This document shows positions 47,238-58,095 of a DNA stretch of 64,000 nt, piece by piece. Position 1 is the stretch's first letter; the number at the start of each line of letters is the position of its first letter. Below the pieces are notes generated by a model. That model was not told the origin of the DNA. It worked only from the letters and a program-made list of their open reading frames with translations, and ran no database searches. The position numbers and the translations under genes are program-made. This DNA comes from Amphiscolops sp. MND2022. Lineage: Eukaryota. The DNA lies in NCBI GenBank assembly GCA_964187785.1, contig OZ076409.1:92444001-92508000 (forward strand), given 5' to 3'.

Positions 47238-50200
47238 CTACTCCAGCCCTATGTTCAGAATGGACCGATACACGCGGTTATGCAGCACCACGTGAATGCC
47301 AGTGCCCTCCAGCAAATTCGTTAGGGTATGGTATAAGTTTACCAATGAGAGGGCGGGTCGCTCTGGATCCAGTATAGGTAGGTGGACCCTCGTGGATCCT
47401 TTCTCTATCAAATGTTGTATCAAGTGCGTCATACAACGTAGGTAACCGTCGGTGAGCAGCGGCGCACGCTGATTTGCTCTGATTATTAGTAAATGAATAC
47501 TCTGATTGGGGTTTGGGTTGATATCGGGAGGAATGGTGAGAATTTCCCCCACCTTAGGACGTAAGGAGAATACATTCTCCTTGCCGCATTCTCGTAGCAC
47601 GTACCGTAGGGCGGCTGAGTTGGTCTCTAGGTCAACGGGACACGCTAACACCATATCACCTTCTGCTTGAAGAAAATCAGTCACATCATATGAGAGGCGC
47701 TCTGTTGGGGCTGGATGCAGGATTCCTGGGTAGATAATCTCTCTCCCCGGCCCATTGTCGGCAGGCAAGCATATGCGGGGCGTACGCCCCTGGATTGCAG
47801 CCAGGTCTTGCCATACCGAGCGCGGCATCGCTCGATTATCACTGCTCGCCCTAACCCATGTGTCTAGGGTGCTCAAAACGGCTTTCGGGGGAAGCGGAAT
47901 CTCGAAAGTATGAGTCCACTCGTCCAGCAATCTAATGCGAGGATAATTGGGGAAACAAGTGATGGGAAACCACGCGAATTTCACTTTGCCACGATACCAA
48001 TCTATGATGTGGAAGCAAAGTATCAAGTCCGCAGTAGTGAGGGTCCTCAGACCTTCCAAGCAGGACAGCAGGTGTAGTGGTTCTACTATTGCCTCCACTC
48101 GTGGAGCAGTGACCAGCAACCACCAGTGCGGCGCTGGGCTGTATACTCCGCCCGGATCCACGTGAATTCCGTATTTGTCACAGAGAATGTCAGCGGTGAT
48201 GCATCGGACCATTTGCACAGGCTCCCGCTCGAAGTTGAAGGGTCCAAACGCAATATTGCTGGGCACTGGGGGCATCACCGTTGCGAGGGTAAACTCTAAC
48301 CCTTTTCCGTCGCTAGTCCACTCCTTGAATCGAGGATATGGAGCCTTCGCTACTCCAGGTAGTGATAACTTCTCCATAATAGTATCCACGGGTTGGTCTC
48401 CGTGTCGTTCCAGGGAGGAATAAGTCTTTTCAGCTCTCACCGTAAGGCGATATACTAAATTTTCTCCCCGCTTCGGAGAAACTCCCCGGGCTCCAGTGGG
48501 AACCCTCCGGTTCTCATTGACGGCTAGCAAGCAAACACAGTCTCGCAGCCCACAGGTCCCACACTTGTAGCGTGGCTGCCGCCTGCTTCTCAGCTGATAT
48601 CGGGGGACCTCAGAAGTCTCGGTCGGTATTGCTGTTTCCGGCGGTATTGTTGTTGTTGTTTCTTTCTTCCTCGTTCTTGCCTTCGCTCTGACCAGCCTTT
48701 TTCGCGTTTTGGGTGGTCTCCCCCTCCCCCTTTTGAAAGAAGGAGCGGTCCCCGCTCCTTGCAATGTTGTGGGAAGAGTAGGGACATTGGACTGAGCGTC
48801 GTCATCCTCAGTGGCGGATTTCAGAGGCAGGGAAGGAGCGGCCGGCCAAATGGGATAGTTGTTGAGGAAACTCGTCAGTGATGGATTTGTCAGAAGTGGG
48901 GCCGATGTTCCCAATAATGAGGGCTGTTTTTCGGGAGAGGATATTTGTGGTGACGGAGAGCGCGCGCGCTCATGGTCGGAGAATAGTTGAGGTAGATGAT
49001 GGGTAGGTGATATTGATTGATCTGAAGGGGGTTGGGGTTCGGGCTCCCTACGATCAGCATCAACGGGATCAGGAGGTACCGGTAACATGATTTCGGACAA
49101 CTCGTCGTCAGTGCCCGAGGTTGAGTAGTCGAATTGCTGGTAGTGCATGCGGGAACCTCCAGCACGTAACTTTGTGCGCAGGCGGGTATCCATCCAATGT
49201 TGCTTGCGCGAAGGCAAGGATACGTCAGATGCTTCTGAAAGTAGTTGTTCAGTTTTATATGAAGGCTGGGACTTATCGTCGTCAACTACTTCAATAGAAC
49301 GTTCAGGGTCAGGGTCCACGAGTACCACTATTTCGCCGCTGTCCGCTTGCGCGGTGGCGAGCTCAAGGGGCCCACTATGATGAGGTTTCAGGCGCTCAAA
49401 ATGAACCTTTTGGCCTGTGTCCAATACGTAGACACGTCCTTCTTGAAAGACCTGTACTATTTTGTGCGGGCCACGCCAGGCGCGCATCAGTTTGGGAGAG
49501 CCTTTTTGCGGCACGTAGCGGCAAAAAACCCAGACAAGCTCTCCTGGCTGGTAAACTCGTGCTCGGATAGCACGATCATACTTCAATTTTTGGCGTAATT
49601 GGGCTTGGTGCGTATTGCGCCGGACTAAGTCGTGAATTTTTTGTTGACGAGCCAACACATGATCCACGTATGCTTCATGCGTATCGAAGGATTTGGCTGC
49701 AAATTCAGGGTATAAAAAGGTGAGGGGGATTGCTTTCTCAACACCCCTTGTTAACATATAGGGCGAGAAGCCTGTAGTGGCGTGCCTGGTGGAATTATAG
49801 GCACCGATTACTTCATCTAAGCACTGGTCCCAGTCGCGCATGCGACGTGAGCAAAAGACTCGAAACAAGGTTAAGAGGGTGCGGTTTTGCCGTTCCACCA
49901 AGCCTTGAGTTCGTGGATGTCCGGCAGTGGAGGTCACCTTAGTGACGTGAGCTGCCTTTAGGAACTCATTAGAGACTTCAGCAGTAAGGTTGGGAGCATT
50001 GTCTGATTGCATGCGAGTGGGGGTGCCGTGGCGGGCAAACCATTTTTGCAGCAGCAATCGTGAGGTGGTCACTGCGTCATAGTCATGATGACTACAAGGG
50101 ACTGCCTCTGCAAATTTAGAGAAATGGTCGATGATGACCAAAATGCCAGTGTTGTTGTTATCAGAGGGGCAGATTTTTAAGTGGTCATATTGGACCAACT

Positions 50201-53200
50201 CGTTGAAGTAGCCACTCTGAATGTTTTTCAGTTGAAATCGTACGTCACCAGGCTTGTCACGTACTTGTTGGCAAGTGAGGCATTGGCCGACGTATCGACC
50301 GACACTGCGCCGTATGCCGGGCCAAGTGTGGCGCTCTTGAATTCGAGCTACCACTTTTGAGATACCTTGGTGTCCCATTGCGTCGTGCGCACGGAACAGA
50401 ATCTCGTGCTGGTACAGTTGAGGCATTATGATCATGCACGGACGTTCGTGCAGTGGGCGTTGGGTGGGGGAGTATTGCACGCAAAGGACATCATTCTTGT
50501 TTATGAACAAGAGATCCTTTTTCTGGCGGAAGAAATTACGTTCGAACTCACGCACGTTCTCGGGAAACACATCGTTATCCAGGGATTCACACTGCACGAG
50601 CTTTTTCAGCGCTAGCACATGGACATCGCGGTTTTGGGCTAAAACCAAATCCTTGATCCCATGCACGGTATGAGTGTGTTCATAGAGCTCGGTGTCGATG
50701 TCCTTGAGGGCCACGATCGATTCGCGCACGCCACCAGGAGAGTTCTGTAGCATGGCGTTACTCGTTCCCGTCACAGAATAGATGGTGCGCGAGGGGACAT
50801 TTACTGCATGTGTTGGCAGCAGGTAATCCTCTCTCGCTTCAGTGGTGACGTCTATCCAGTCTTCAGGATAGTCTGGATAGAAGTCCTCGTGCTTCTGTAG
50901 CACGGGTGGGGGCTTGGGCGGCAGAGGTGCAGCTAGCGCCTTCGCCTGTCGTTCTCGCTTGTTTGCTCGCTGCACACGACGAAGCACACGGAGTGCTTGG
51001 TCAGGAGCCTTAGGTTCCAGGTTCTGCAGATGCGGTGGTAGGTCAGGATGATTTGGAATGATTCGACCTTGCAGGTCGAACCAGGGGGCTATGGGGAGGT
51101 TATCGAATTCCTCAGCGGAGAGGAAATTCCAACGCTCTCCATTAGCTGGCAGCTGCGCAAGCTGCTGTTCTCGGCATCGGTAATCGTTGGTTCGTTTGCT
51201 CAAGCCATCGGCATTGCGGTGTTCAGTTCGTGGTCTGTGTTCCACGCGAAAGTGATACCTGTCCAGCGTCATGATCCAACGTCCAATCAATGCTTGGTCC
51301 GTGGAGTAGGTTTTCAACCAGGATAGGGCTTGGTTGTCGACTCTCAGGGTGAACTTCCGGGGGCAAAGGTAGCTGTGGTATTTCAGAATGAAGTAGTAGG
51401 CTGCAAACATTTCCAGCTTGGGTGCCCCATACTTGGCTTGGGTGGTACTCAATTTCTTGCTGCCGTATATGATCGGTCGTAGGCGTCGCTCTCCTGGAGC
51501 TCCTTGCCACTGGTGTAGGATACCGGAAACAGCAACGGCGCTGACATCTGTGTCCAGCACAAACTGTCCTTCGGAATCAGGCTGCGCGAGCGCAGTCGCC
51601 TCGATCAATGCTGTCTTGATTTCGTTGAAAGCTTTCTGTTGGCCAGGACCCCATGCAAACGTGGCATTCAGTCCCGTAACGGCGTGGAGGGGCGCAACCA
51701 GTTTGGCATGCCATGGGATAAATTCACGATAATATTTAGCGAATCCCAGAAAACTTTGCATTTCGGTTTTGTTGCTGGGGATGTCCCAATCGCGCAGTTT
51801 GGCAACAGCCTTCGGGTCCGGTTTGACACCTTCTGCGGAGACTACGCGTCCCAGATATTTGATTTCTGGTTTCATGAAGTCGCATTTGGCTACGCGCATC
51901 TTGAAGCCAGCCTCGCGGAGGCATTCAAAAACCTCGCGCAGACGCGCCATGTGATCTTCCACAGTCTCAGTTGCTATAACTATGTCGTCGATGTATGCCA
52001 TGACCATGCTGCCTTTGCGATTGACTATTTTTTGTAGCGCTCGCGCTATTGCTCGCTGGAAGGTGGCTGATGCATTGCACAAGCCAAATGGCATTCTTCG
52101 CCATTCGAAGAGTCCCAACTCAGAGGCAAAGGCTGTCTTGTGGCGGTCCGCCTTTCGCAAGGGAATTTGCCCGAAAGCCCAGGCAAGATCTATGCTAGTG
52201 TAGATCTTTGCATTGCCCAGTCGCGCCAGGCTTTCATCGATGCGGGGCAGGGGGTAGGCATCCTTAATGGTTACTTCATTCAGCGGTCGGAAGTCACAAC
52301 AAAAACGTAACTCCCCGCTTTTCTTTTTTACCATTACGATACCACTTGCCCATGGGGACAGTGAAGGTTGTATCATCCCTAAGGCCAATAAGCTCCGAAC
52401 CTCCTGGTTGGCTCGTTCAGCCTTTTCGGGGGACATTCTACGAGCACCTTCGCGGTGCGGTACAGCCTCAGGCTCTACCTCTATGGTGTGTTTAGCAATA
52501 GTACAGCGGCCAATATCCGCCTTGCGTTTCATGAACAGGTCATCAAACTCGTTAAGAATGTTGTCTAAGGACTCGCAGGCGCTAGCGCCCCAGAGTTTTT
52601 TGACTTCTTGCAATTGAGAATCGGGCCCAGGGATCAGGGCCAATAGGTCTGGATTGGTGCGCTTGCGAATCTCGCGCTCCGAAAGCCCCGCTTCACTTGG
52701 ATCCGTCGAAGACAAAAACTCAAATTCAGATGAAGAAGTTAACTCAGAAGCAGTGGATAGATTCATTTCACTGTACACTTTATAAACAAAATTTGCTCGA
52801 CTGTTGTCGGCTTCAGTTTTGTGGTCAGTTTCCGCCGTAGCATCCAGCTTTTGGGGAACAGCCTGGTATACTAAAGACACAGGCACTACCGTGCCCAGGT
52901 GGGCACCACATCGTACACGCTGCTGGTTGCTGGTGAGGTTTACCAGACTCACATACAGTGTTCCTGTCTCACTGACAATGGCCACGCTGTCCTCTAAAAA
53001 GATGGTATTTTGCAATAAGGGATCAGACAACGAGGCGTTAAGCGCCACGGTCTGGAAGATTAATGGTTCAAGCGCGTTGGTGACAAGTTTGGCCTTTGCC
53101 ACCGTACGCTCGGAAGGCTGTAGGACTAAGTCACTGTCCAGAGCAATGGGAGTAGTTAGTGAAGCATCACCTACCTGGGTGTGTGCATGATGCCAGACGG

Positions 53201-54644
53201 GCTTCACTGGTGCTCGCACCACTATCTTCATGGAGGTTAGATCTACCAGGACTTGGTAGGAACGGAGGAAGTTTCGACCCAGCAGAAAGTCCTCCACGCC
53301 CATTGCGACATCTACCACGACGAAATTGGTTTCGAGTTCATACCCTCCCAACTGGAAGCGTATCTGCTCAGCCAACCCGAAAGTCTTTTTTGTCTTCCCA
53401 TTGGCAGCGTACAAATCAATTTGATATGGTTTCAGGACCGCATCGGTCCGTGCAGCTACCCGGTTGAAGGCGGAGAAGGTTAGTATGGACACTCCGGAAC
53501 CAGTATCCACCAGGCCTCGCAGTGGGATAGGTGCCGCTTGGGGCACCACAAAGGAGACAACAAGCGACGCACGCTCATCTATCCGCGCTTCCCCGGTGGG
53601 TTCTTGGTGGTTGATATTATAGCATTTCAGCTCTTGAGGTCCCAAGCATAAGCCGGGTGGGAATACATCTACCACCACACAGGCCTCGAATTTCACGTCC
53701 ACGCCGTCCATCGTTGCACAGACTGGTACTGGCGAGTATGTAGTCAGGGTCTCCGACTCTCCAGGGAATTGCCACTGTTTTGGGCGGGGCAATTCCATCC
53801 GGTTATAGAGGACAGATAGCTCAACCCAGAGTTTCGCCAAGGTTAGCGTTGGTCTACGCACCTGTTCGGCTGCCAGCATAAGATGAATCGAGATCAACGT
53901 TCTCCCTTGTGGATCGAACGTGGTGGGCTCCAAGCACGTCTGAATCTGCTTTGTCCCGCATGTAACTATCAGTGGGGGGTGAAACGCTGGGGGCTCCGCT
54001 GGCTGCAGCATTAACACGCGATCATCCTCTAGGGGTACCGTGTGGGCGGCCACACCAGCGGATTCCACCTCGGCCCATCGATTATAGGCCAATTCATCAT
54101 TAGACCTCGGGGCTTGAGAATGCTCACCACAGGGGATATCCACATGGTCGTAGACTCCACAGTGCGCACACTGATGAATGCCTGGATAATTCTCCAACAC
54201 GCCATCAGTTACGTCTTCAGCAGTGACTTTCACGCCTTCTGGCTCGGGAGCTGCCACTGGTTTGCGAGCCTGGTCGCGGGTGGGGCAGTCCCGGGCAAAA
54301 TGCCCAGCTTGACCGCAATTAAAGCACGCGCCAACGGGCAGACGTGCCGCAGGCTGCGCTACTGCTTGATTGGGCGGAGCATTACTCGCAGGTGGGGGAG
54401 GCATTACTCCTTGTGGTAACACCATTTTGTTGGGGGGTAGTGGCGCGAAGGGATGAGGTCGAGACCTCATTGCTAGTCTGGGGTCATAGGGTTGAGGGAA
54501 TTGGTTAGGTTTGGGACGGTTGCGCTGCAATTGGCGGGTGGTGAAGCGAAGGGATTCCACCGTAGGTGGCTCGGTCAGGAAGACTTCCGAGGCATACACT
54601 ATGGCCAGCTCCCGCCTCAGCGCTGGGTCTCGTACACCTTCCAT
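47238..54644 (-). CDS. pol: Gag C-terminus/Pol of element B (CCHC, protease, RT, RNase H, integrase, AT-hook, macrodomain-like tail)
   Basis: CFNCGQAGHFARDC; LVDTGS...LLGRNFL; YIDD; DTDVS; H..MGH...CLTC plus D/D/E (YDHL, SDNA, LVER); WRGPH; KRGRGRPPK. Confidence 0.95.
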   Translation of the reverse strand: MEGVRDPALRRELAIVYASEVFLTEPPTVESLRFTTRQLQRNRPKPNQFPQPYDPRLAMRSRPHPFAPLPPNKMVLPQGVMPPPPASNAPPNQAVAQPAARLPVGACFNCGQAGHFARDCPTRDQARKPVAAPEPEGVKVTAEDVTDGVLENYPGIHQCAHCGVYDHVDIPCGEHSQAPRSNDELAYNRWAEVESAGVAAHTVPLEDDRVLMLQPAEPPAFHPPLIVTCGTKQIQTCLEPTTFDPQGRTLISIHLMLAAEQVRRPTLTLAKLWVELSVLYNRMELPRPKQWQFPGESETLTTYSPVPVCATMDGVDVKFEACVVVDVFPPGLCLGPQELKCYNINHQEPTGEARIDERASLVVSFVVPQAAPIPLRGLVDTGSGVSILTFSAFNRVAARTDAVLKPYQIDLYAANGKTKKTFGLAEQIRFQLGGYELETNFVVVDVAMGVEDFLLGRNFLRSYQVLVDLTSMKIVVRAPVKPVWHHAHTQVGDASLTTPIALDSDLVLQPSERTVAKAKLVTNALEPLIFQTVALNASLSDPLLQNTIFLEDSVAIVSETGTLYVSLVNLTSNQQRVRCGAHLGTVVPVSLVYQAVPQKLDATAETDHKTEADNSRANFVYKVYSEMNLSTASELTSSSEFEFLSSTDPSEAGLSEREIRKRTNPDLLALIPGPDSQLQEVKKLWGASACESLDNILNEFDDLFMKRKADIGRCTIAKHTIEVEPEAVPHREGARRMSPEKAERANQEVRSLLALGMIQPSLSPWASGIVMVKKKSGELRFCCDFRPLNEVTIKDAYPLPRIDESLARLGNAKIYTSIDLAWAFGQIPLRKADRHKTAFASELGLFEWRRMPFGLCNASATFQRAIARALQKIVNRKGSMVMAYIDDIVIATETVEDHMARLREVFECLREAGFKMRVAKCDFMKPEIKYLGRVVSAEGVKPDPKAVAKLRDWDIPSNKTEMQSFLGFAKYYREFIPWHAKLVAPLHAVTGLNATFAWGPGQQKAFNEIKTALIEATALAQPDSEGQFVLDTDVSAVAVSGILHQWQGAPGERRLRPIIYGSKKLSTTQAKYGAPKLEMFAAYYFILKYHSYLCPRKFTLRVDNQALSWLKTYSTDQALIGRWIMTLDRYHFRVEHRPRTEHRNADGLSKRTNDYRCREQQLAQLPANGERWNFLSAEEFDNLPIAPWFDLQGRIIPNHPDLPPHLQNLEPKAPDQALRVLRRVQRANKRERQAKALAAPLPPKPPPVLQKHEDFYPDYPEDWIDVTTEAREDYLLPTHAVNVPSRTIYSVTGTSNAMLQNSPGGVRESIVALKDIDTELYEHTHTVHGIKDLVLAQNRDVHVLALKKLVQCESLDNDVFPENVREFERNFFRQKKDLLFINKNDVLCVQYSPTQRPLHERPCMIIMPQLYQHEILFRAHDAMGHQGISKVVARIQERHTWPGIRRSVGRYVGQCLTCQQVRDKPGDVRFQLKNIQSGYFNELVQYDHLKICPSDNNNTGILVIIDHFSKFAEAVPCSHHDYDAVTTSRLLLQKWFARHGTPTRMQSDNAPNLTAEVSNEFLKAAHVTKVTSTAGHPRTQGLVERQNRTLLTLFRVFCSRRMRDWDQCLDEVIGAYNSTRHATTGFSPYMLTRGVEKAIPLTFLYPEFAAKSFDTHEAYVDHVLARQQKIHDLVRRNTHQAQLRQKLKYDRAIRARVYQPGELVWVFCRYVPQKGSPKLMRAWRGPHKIVQVFQEGRVYVLDTGQKVHFERLKPHHSGPLELATAQADSGEIVVLVDPDPERSIEVVDDDKSQPSYKTEQLLSEASDVSLPSRKQHWMDTRLRTKLRAGGSRMHYQQFDYSTSGTDDELSEIMLPVPPDPVDADRREPEPQPPSDQSISPTHHLPQLFSDHERARSPSPQISSPEKQPSLLGTSAPLLTNPSLTSFLNNYPIWPAAPSLPLKSATEDDDAQSNVPTLPTTLQGAGTAPSFKRGRGRPPKTRKRLVRAKARTRKKETTTTIPPETAIPTETSEVPRYQLRSRRQPRYKCGTCGLRDCVCLLAVNENRRVPTGARGVSPKRGENLVYRLTVRAEKTYSSLERHGDQPVDTIMEKLSLPGVAKAPYPRFKEWTSDGKGLEFTLATVMPPVPSNIAFGPFNFEREPVQMVRCITADILCDKYGIHVDPGGVYSPAPHWWLLVTAPRVEAIVEPLHLLSCLEGLRTLTTADLILCFHIIDWYRGKVKFAWFPITCFPNYPRIRLLDEWTHTFEIPLPPKAVLSTLDTWVRASSDNRAMPRSVWQDLAAIQGRTPRICLPADNGPGREIIYPGILHPAPTERLSYDVTDFLQAEGDMVLACPVDLETNSAALRYVLRECGKENVFSLRPKVGEILTIPPDINPNPNQSIHLLIIRANQRAPLLTDGYLRCMTHLIQHLIEKGSTRVHLPILDPERPALSLVNLYHTLTNLLEGTGIHVVLHNRVYRSILNIGLE

Positions 54645-54686
54645 GAAGCGCTGGAGGATTTCATAGCACTTGGTGGTGATTGTCTC

Positions 54687-56600
54687 TTATGGAAATCCTT
54701 GACTCCGAAGACCCTCTAGAGCGTCTAAATACTGCATCCAGTCTTCTTTCTCATGTTGAATGCAGCTCTGGAAAGCTTGTCGTACTTGCATACGATTTCC
54801 TCCAGCGCCGAAGCGGCTGGATAACAATTCGAACACCTTCTCGAGGGTGTCACGTTCGGATTCCGCTTTGTTGATGATGTAGTTGCGGGCTTCACCTTCA
54901 AGGTGACCGATGATGCTCCAGGCCTGGTCCTCGGCCGAGACCTTGGTTTGCGTTCTCTTCAGGTATCTCTGCATAATAAGGATCCACCCATCAATGGATC
55001 CGTCTTTGGAACCGCGATATACATTGGGTCTCGCCTGAGCCAAGTCTCTGCCGGCGAGTAAGGGCGCTAACTCTTTTGACATCGCCTTTGATATGGCGGC
55101 CGTGAATCTCAGCTGCTCAGGGGATATGGCTTCTCCTTCGTCGACCTTAGCCTCCCCCTCGCGCGTCCTGTCATGACTACCAAGAGTGGCTTCTATCGAC
55201 AGGTCGGCGATTTTGTCCTTTTTACGAGTGCTGCTGGCACAGGGAGTGCCCGAGGGCAGTCCATGTTCGGCTGACAAGTCTGCGGTCCAGTATAAGGAAT
55301 CTGGTCCTGACATCGAAATAGGGGCAGTTGCAAACGTTGCTCCCTCGATTTGAGAGCCTACGGTTGCCTTGGTGTTAGATAGGTCGACTTCAACCGAGGA
55401 ATCAAGATAGATGGTCGACATCGGGTCCACGCCTTGATCTCGAGTGGTGCTCTGGATTGCAGAAGGCATTGATGATTCTGCTGAGTCGTGATGTCCCCTC
55501 ATCTGCACTCGTGCAGGCTTGCGCTCTGCCTCAGGCGTGGCTATCACCAAATTTCCGGCTACTCCTTCATCTTTCCGGGGCGCGGGCACTGCCGGCCTGG
55601 AAGTGCTAGGCTTTAGCGCGCTCGGCAGTTCCGATTTCACTACCTGGCTCGGGCACGTCGGCTCCGAGATACGGACTGGACCTCCACTCCGCACGCCTCC
55701 ACTTGCACTGGGCTGCCGCGGGAGTGACCTCTCACGCCTCATGACATCAATGGCATTGAGTACCGTGTGCATCTGATTGCTTAAGTCGTTGATCTGCGTT
55801 TCCACGCGCAACTCGCGAGCCATCAACGTGTCATTCATCTCTCCTAATTGATGACCCAATGTGTCCACTCGAGCATTTTGCACATTCTGCGCGGTACGCA
55901 ATTGATCGCTGACCTGCAGGCCCTCACGCATCGTCGTCTGCATCACTTTAATGTTCTCCACGATGGCAAGATGTTGCTCATTTCATTCAGCACGAGTGCT
56001 GGCCAGACCTGCTAGGGCCCGTTGGGTTTCGGCTTGGGCATCCAATAGCGCTGCCTTGTATACTGAAGACCGTTGCGACGAGGCCAATGAGCCTGTCATA
56101 CTCCTGACACGGGATACCTCTTGACGTGGCTCGCCCGCCTGTAATATGGGTGGTCGCACCTTCTTGTGCTTCCCGTAGGCACAGACCCGGGTAGGTCCTC
56201 GAGTGGTCCCGAGTCCTCGCTGTCGCGCGTAACTCATGCCTCCCACATAAGTGAGGTCCTGCTCTATGTCGGTCTGTGAGCCAAGTTGTCTCTCTCCAGC
56301 CGGGGGTGCGCGCGAGCACCCTTCCTCAGCCGCCAATTCGTCGGTTGCATTCGAATTACGCCAGCCCTCTTCCACTTCATTGGCCCTATCGCGGCAGGTT
56401 TCGTCGACCCACTGCTCGGTTCGACGCGAAATTTTAGAAACACTGGAGTTCTCTGAGGGAGGAACCATAGCGGCCAATTCCTCTTTTCGCTGTTGTTCGA
56501 TAGTGACTTCGTCAGACATGTCGTCTGAAAAACGCGAACCCTCTATCGTGACCCATGATTGTGAACCGGTATGGGGCACTGCCATCGGTTCAGTTGCCAA
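54687..56600 (-). pseudogene. gag: Gag of element B, same frame as pol, broken by two in-frame stops
   Basis: ORFs 55983-56600, 54687-55961 and 47238-54644 are all in one frame, separated only by TGA (55985-55983) and TAA (54689-54687). Capsid-like segment YRGSKDGSIDGW...HLEGEARNY...Q..KE. Confidence 0.85.
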
Positions 56601-57830
56601 CGCGTTTATCAGTAGCGATCGAGTTACCGCTCACGATTACTCGGAAGACTCAAATTGGGTCGCCGAACGCACCAGGGTCTTCAATTCGAAGCTGATCCCT
56701 TGGTCGTCCCGGTGAGCACTTAAGAATTTTGATGGTGTTCAACGTTCTAGATTTTTCGAAACACGTTCTAGAGCTCGTAGGCTGTTCAAATTTGCACAGC
56801 GTTTTCCCACAAGCACACTGGGCTAGAAAATTAACCTGGTTTAGGGCCAAGAGCCTCCGGTCACTCACAGGAAGAATTTCAAAGAATTTTTGGATTTTCC
56901 AAAAATCGCACAACAACACTCAACAGGCTCGTGTGTGCGCTAGAAGCGCCATATCAAGCCCAAAATTGACCAGCAGATCTTCGGTACACGTAGGTTTACG
57001 AAAATGAACGCAGTTTTGAGCTCCGCCCCTTCTACACGGTTTCACCTAGGTACAGACGTGCGGTACCACTATGTACCGGAATACACTGTTTTTCACGTCT
57101 TTTTCAAGATTGCGGTCCACTGGAAAGAGCTAGCAAGCTCAAATTCTCTGCAGCAACGTAGGAACTAGCACAAGTTACGATGATGGGCTGCAATATAGCC
57201 CCACCCGTCGGCTAAGGTGCCCGGGTTACTCGGAAAAATTAAGAAAAAACTGCCTTTTTGCGTACCTTTTTAGGTGCCACGTTTTCCCTATTTTCTCAAC
57301 AAGAATCACACAGATCGGCACCAAACTTGGTAGTCTATGCCAGTGGGCACCTACAATGCCACTGATGTGGTCGAATTGAAGCGCGAGCGCTTATTTGAGG
57401 TTTCGACCTACTATGTGCGTTATACACGAAAAAACACTGTTTTTGACTACTTTTTTCGCAAATTGACCAAGACGATCACCTCAGAAAGTGATACGGCAGG
57501 CAAAATGGGACCATCGTGTTGCCCCACTATCCGTAGCACTGGGATAAACCCTCAATTGGTTGTGCCCGTTAGGTATAAGGCACTGACAGTCCTGCAGTTT
57601 TGGATTTTTTTGGCTTTTTCGTGCTTTTCTGAAGTCGAAACGTCAGAGAGCTTTTCTCGACTTTGGTGAGCGATACGCTCTCCAAATTTTCGGCACTAAC
57701 GTTAATTTTTGTGGTAGTTACGAAAAGGCAACCACTTTTTGGTTAGGGTTCAAGAATCGATGACCCGACCCTGGCTCAGAGACAGTCCGGTTTAGTGGAA
57801 AATTGATCAAATTCAGTGCGTTTTTCCACT

Positions 57831-58095
57831 TTTCTCAGCACTGAATGGGAGTTTTTGCACGCGGTTTTCACCACAATGTGTTGTTTTTATTATAAAAACA
57901 GAAAATGAGAGCGCGCGGGCTCCCCGGTCTCGAAAACACTGAGTGCCCCAGAGGTTTTAATGATGCACTCTGGCACTCCTGAAACTGGCCAAAAATCGAG
58001 ATTTTTCAACTTTTCTCAACGCTGAAAAGGAACTTTTGCACGCGGTTTTCACCACAATGCGTTGTTTTTGCTGCTAAAATCGAAAATGAGAGCGC
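57831..58095. repeat. Imperfect ~85-bp direct repeat in the 5' leader of element B
   Basis: TTTTGCACGCGGTTTTCACCACAATG...GAAAATGAGAGCGC occurs at ~57831-57914 and ~58011-58095. Confidence 0.75.
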
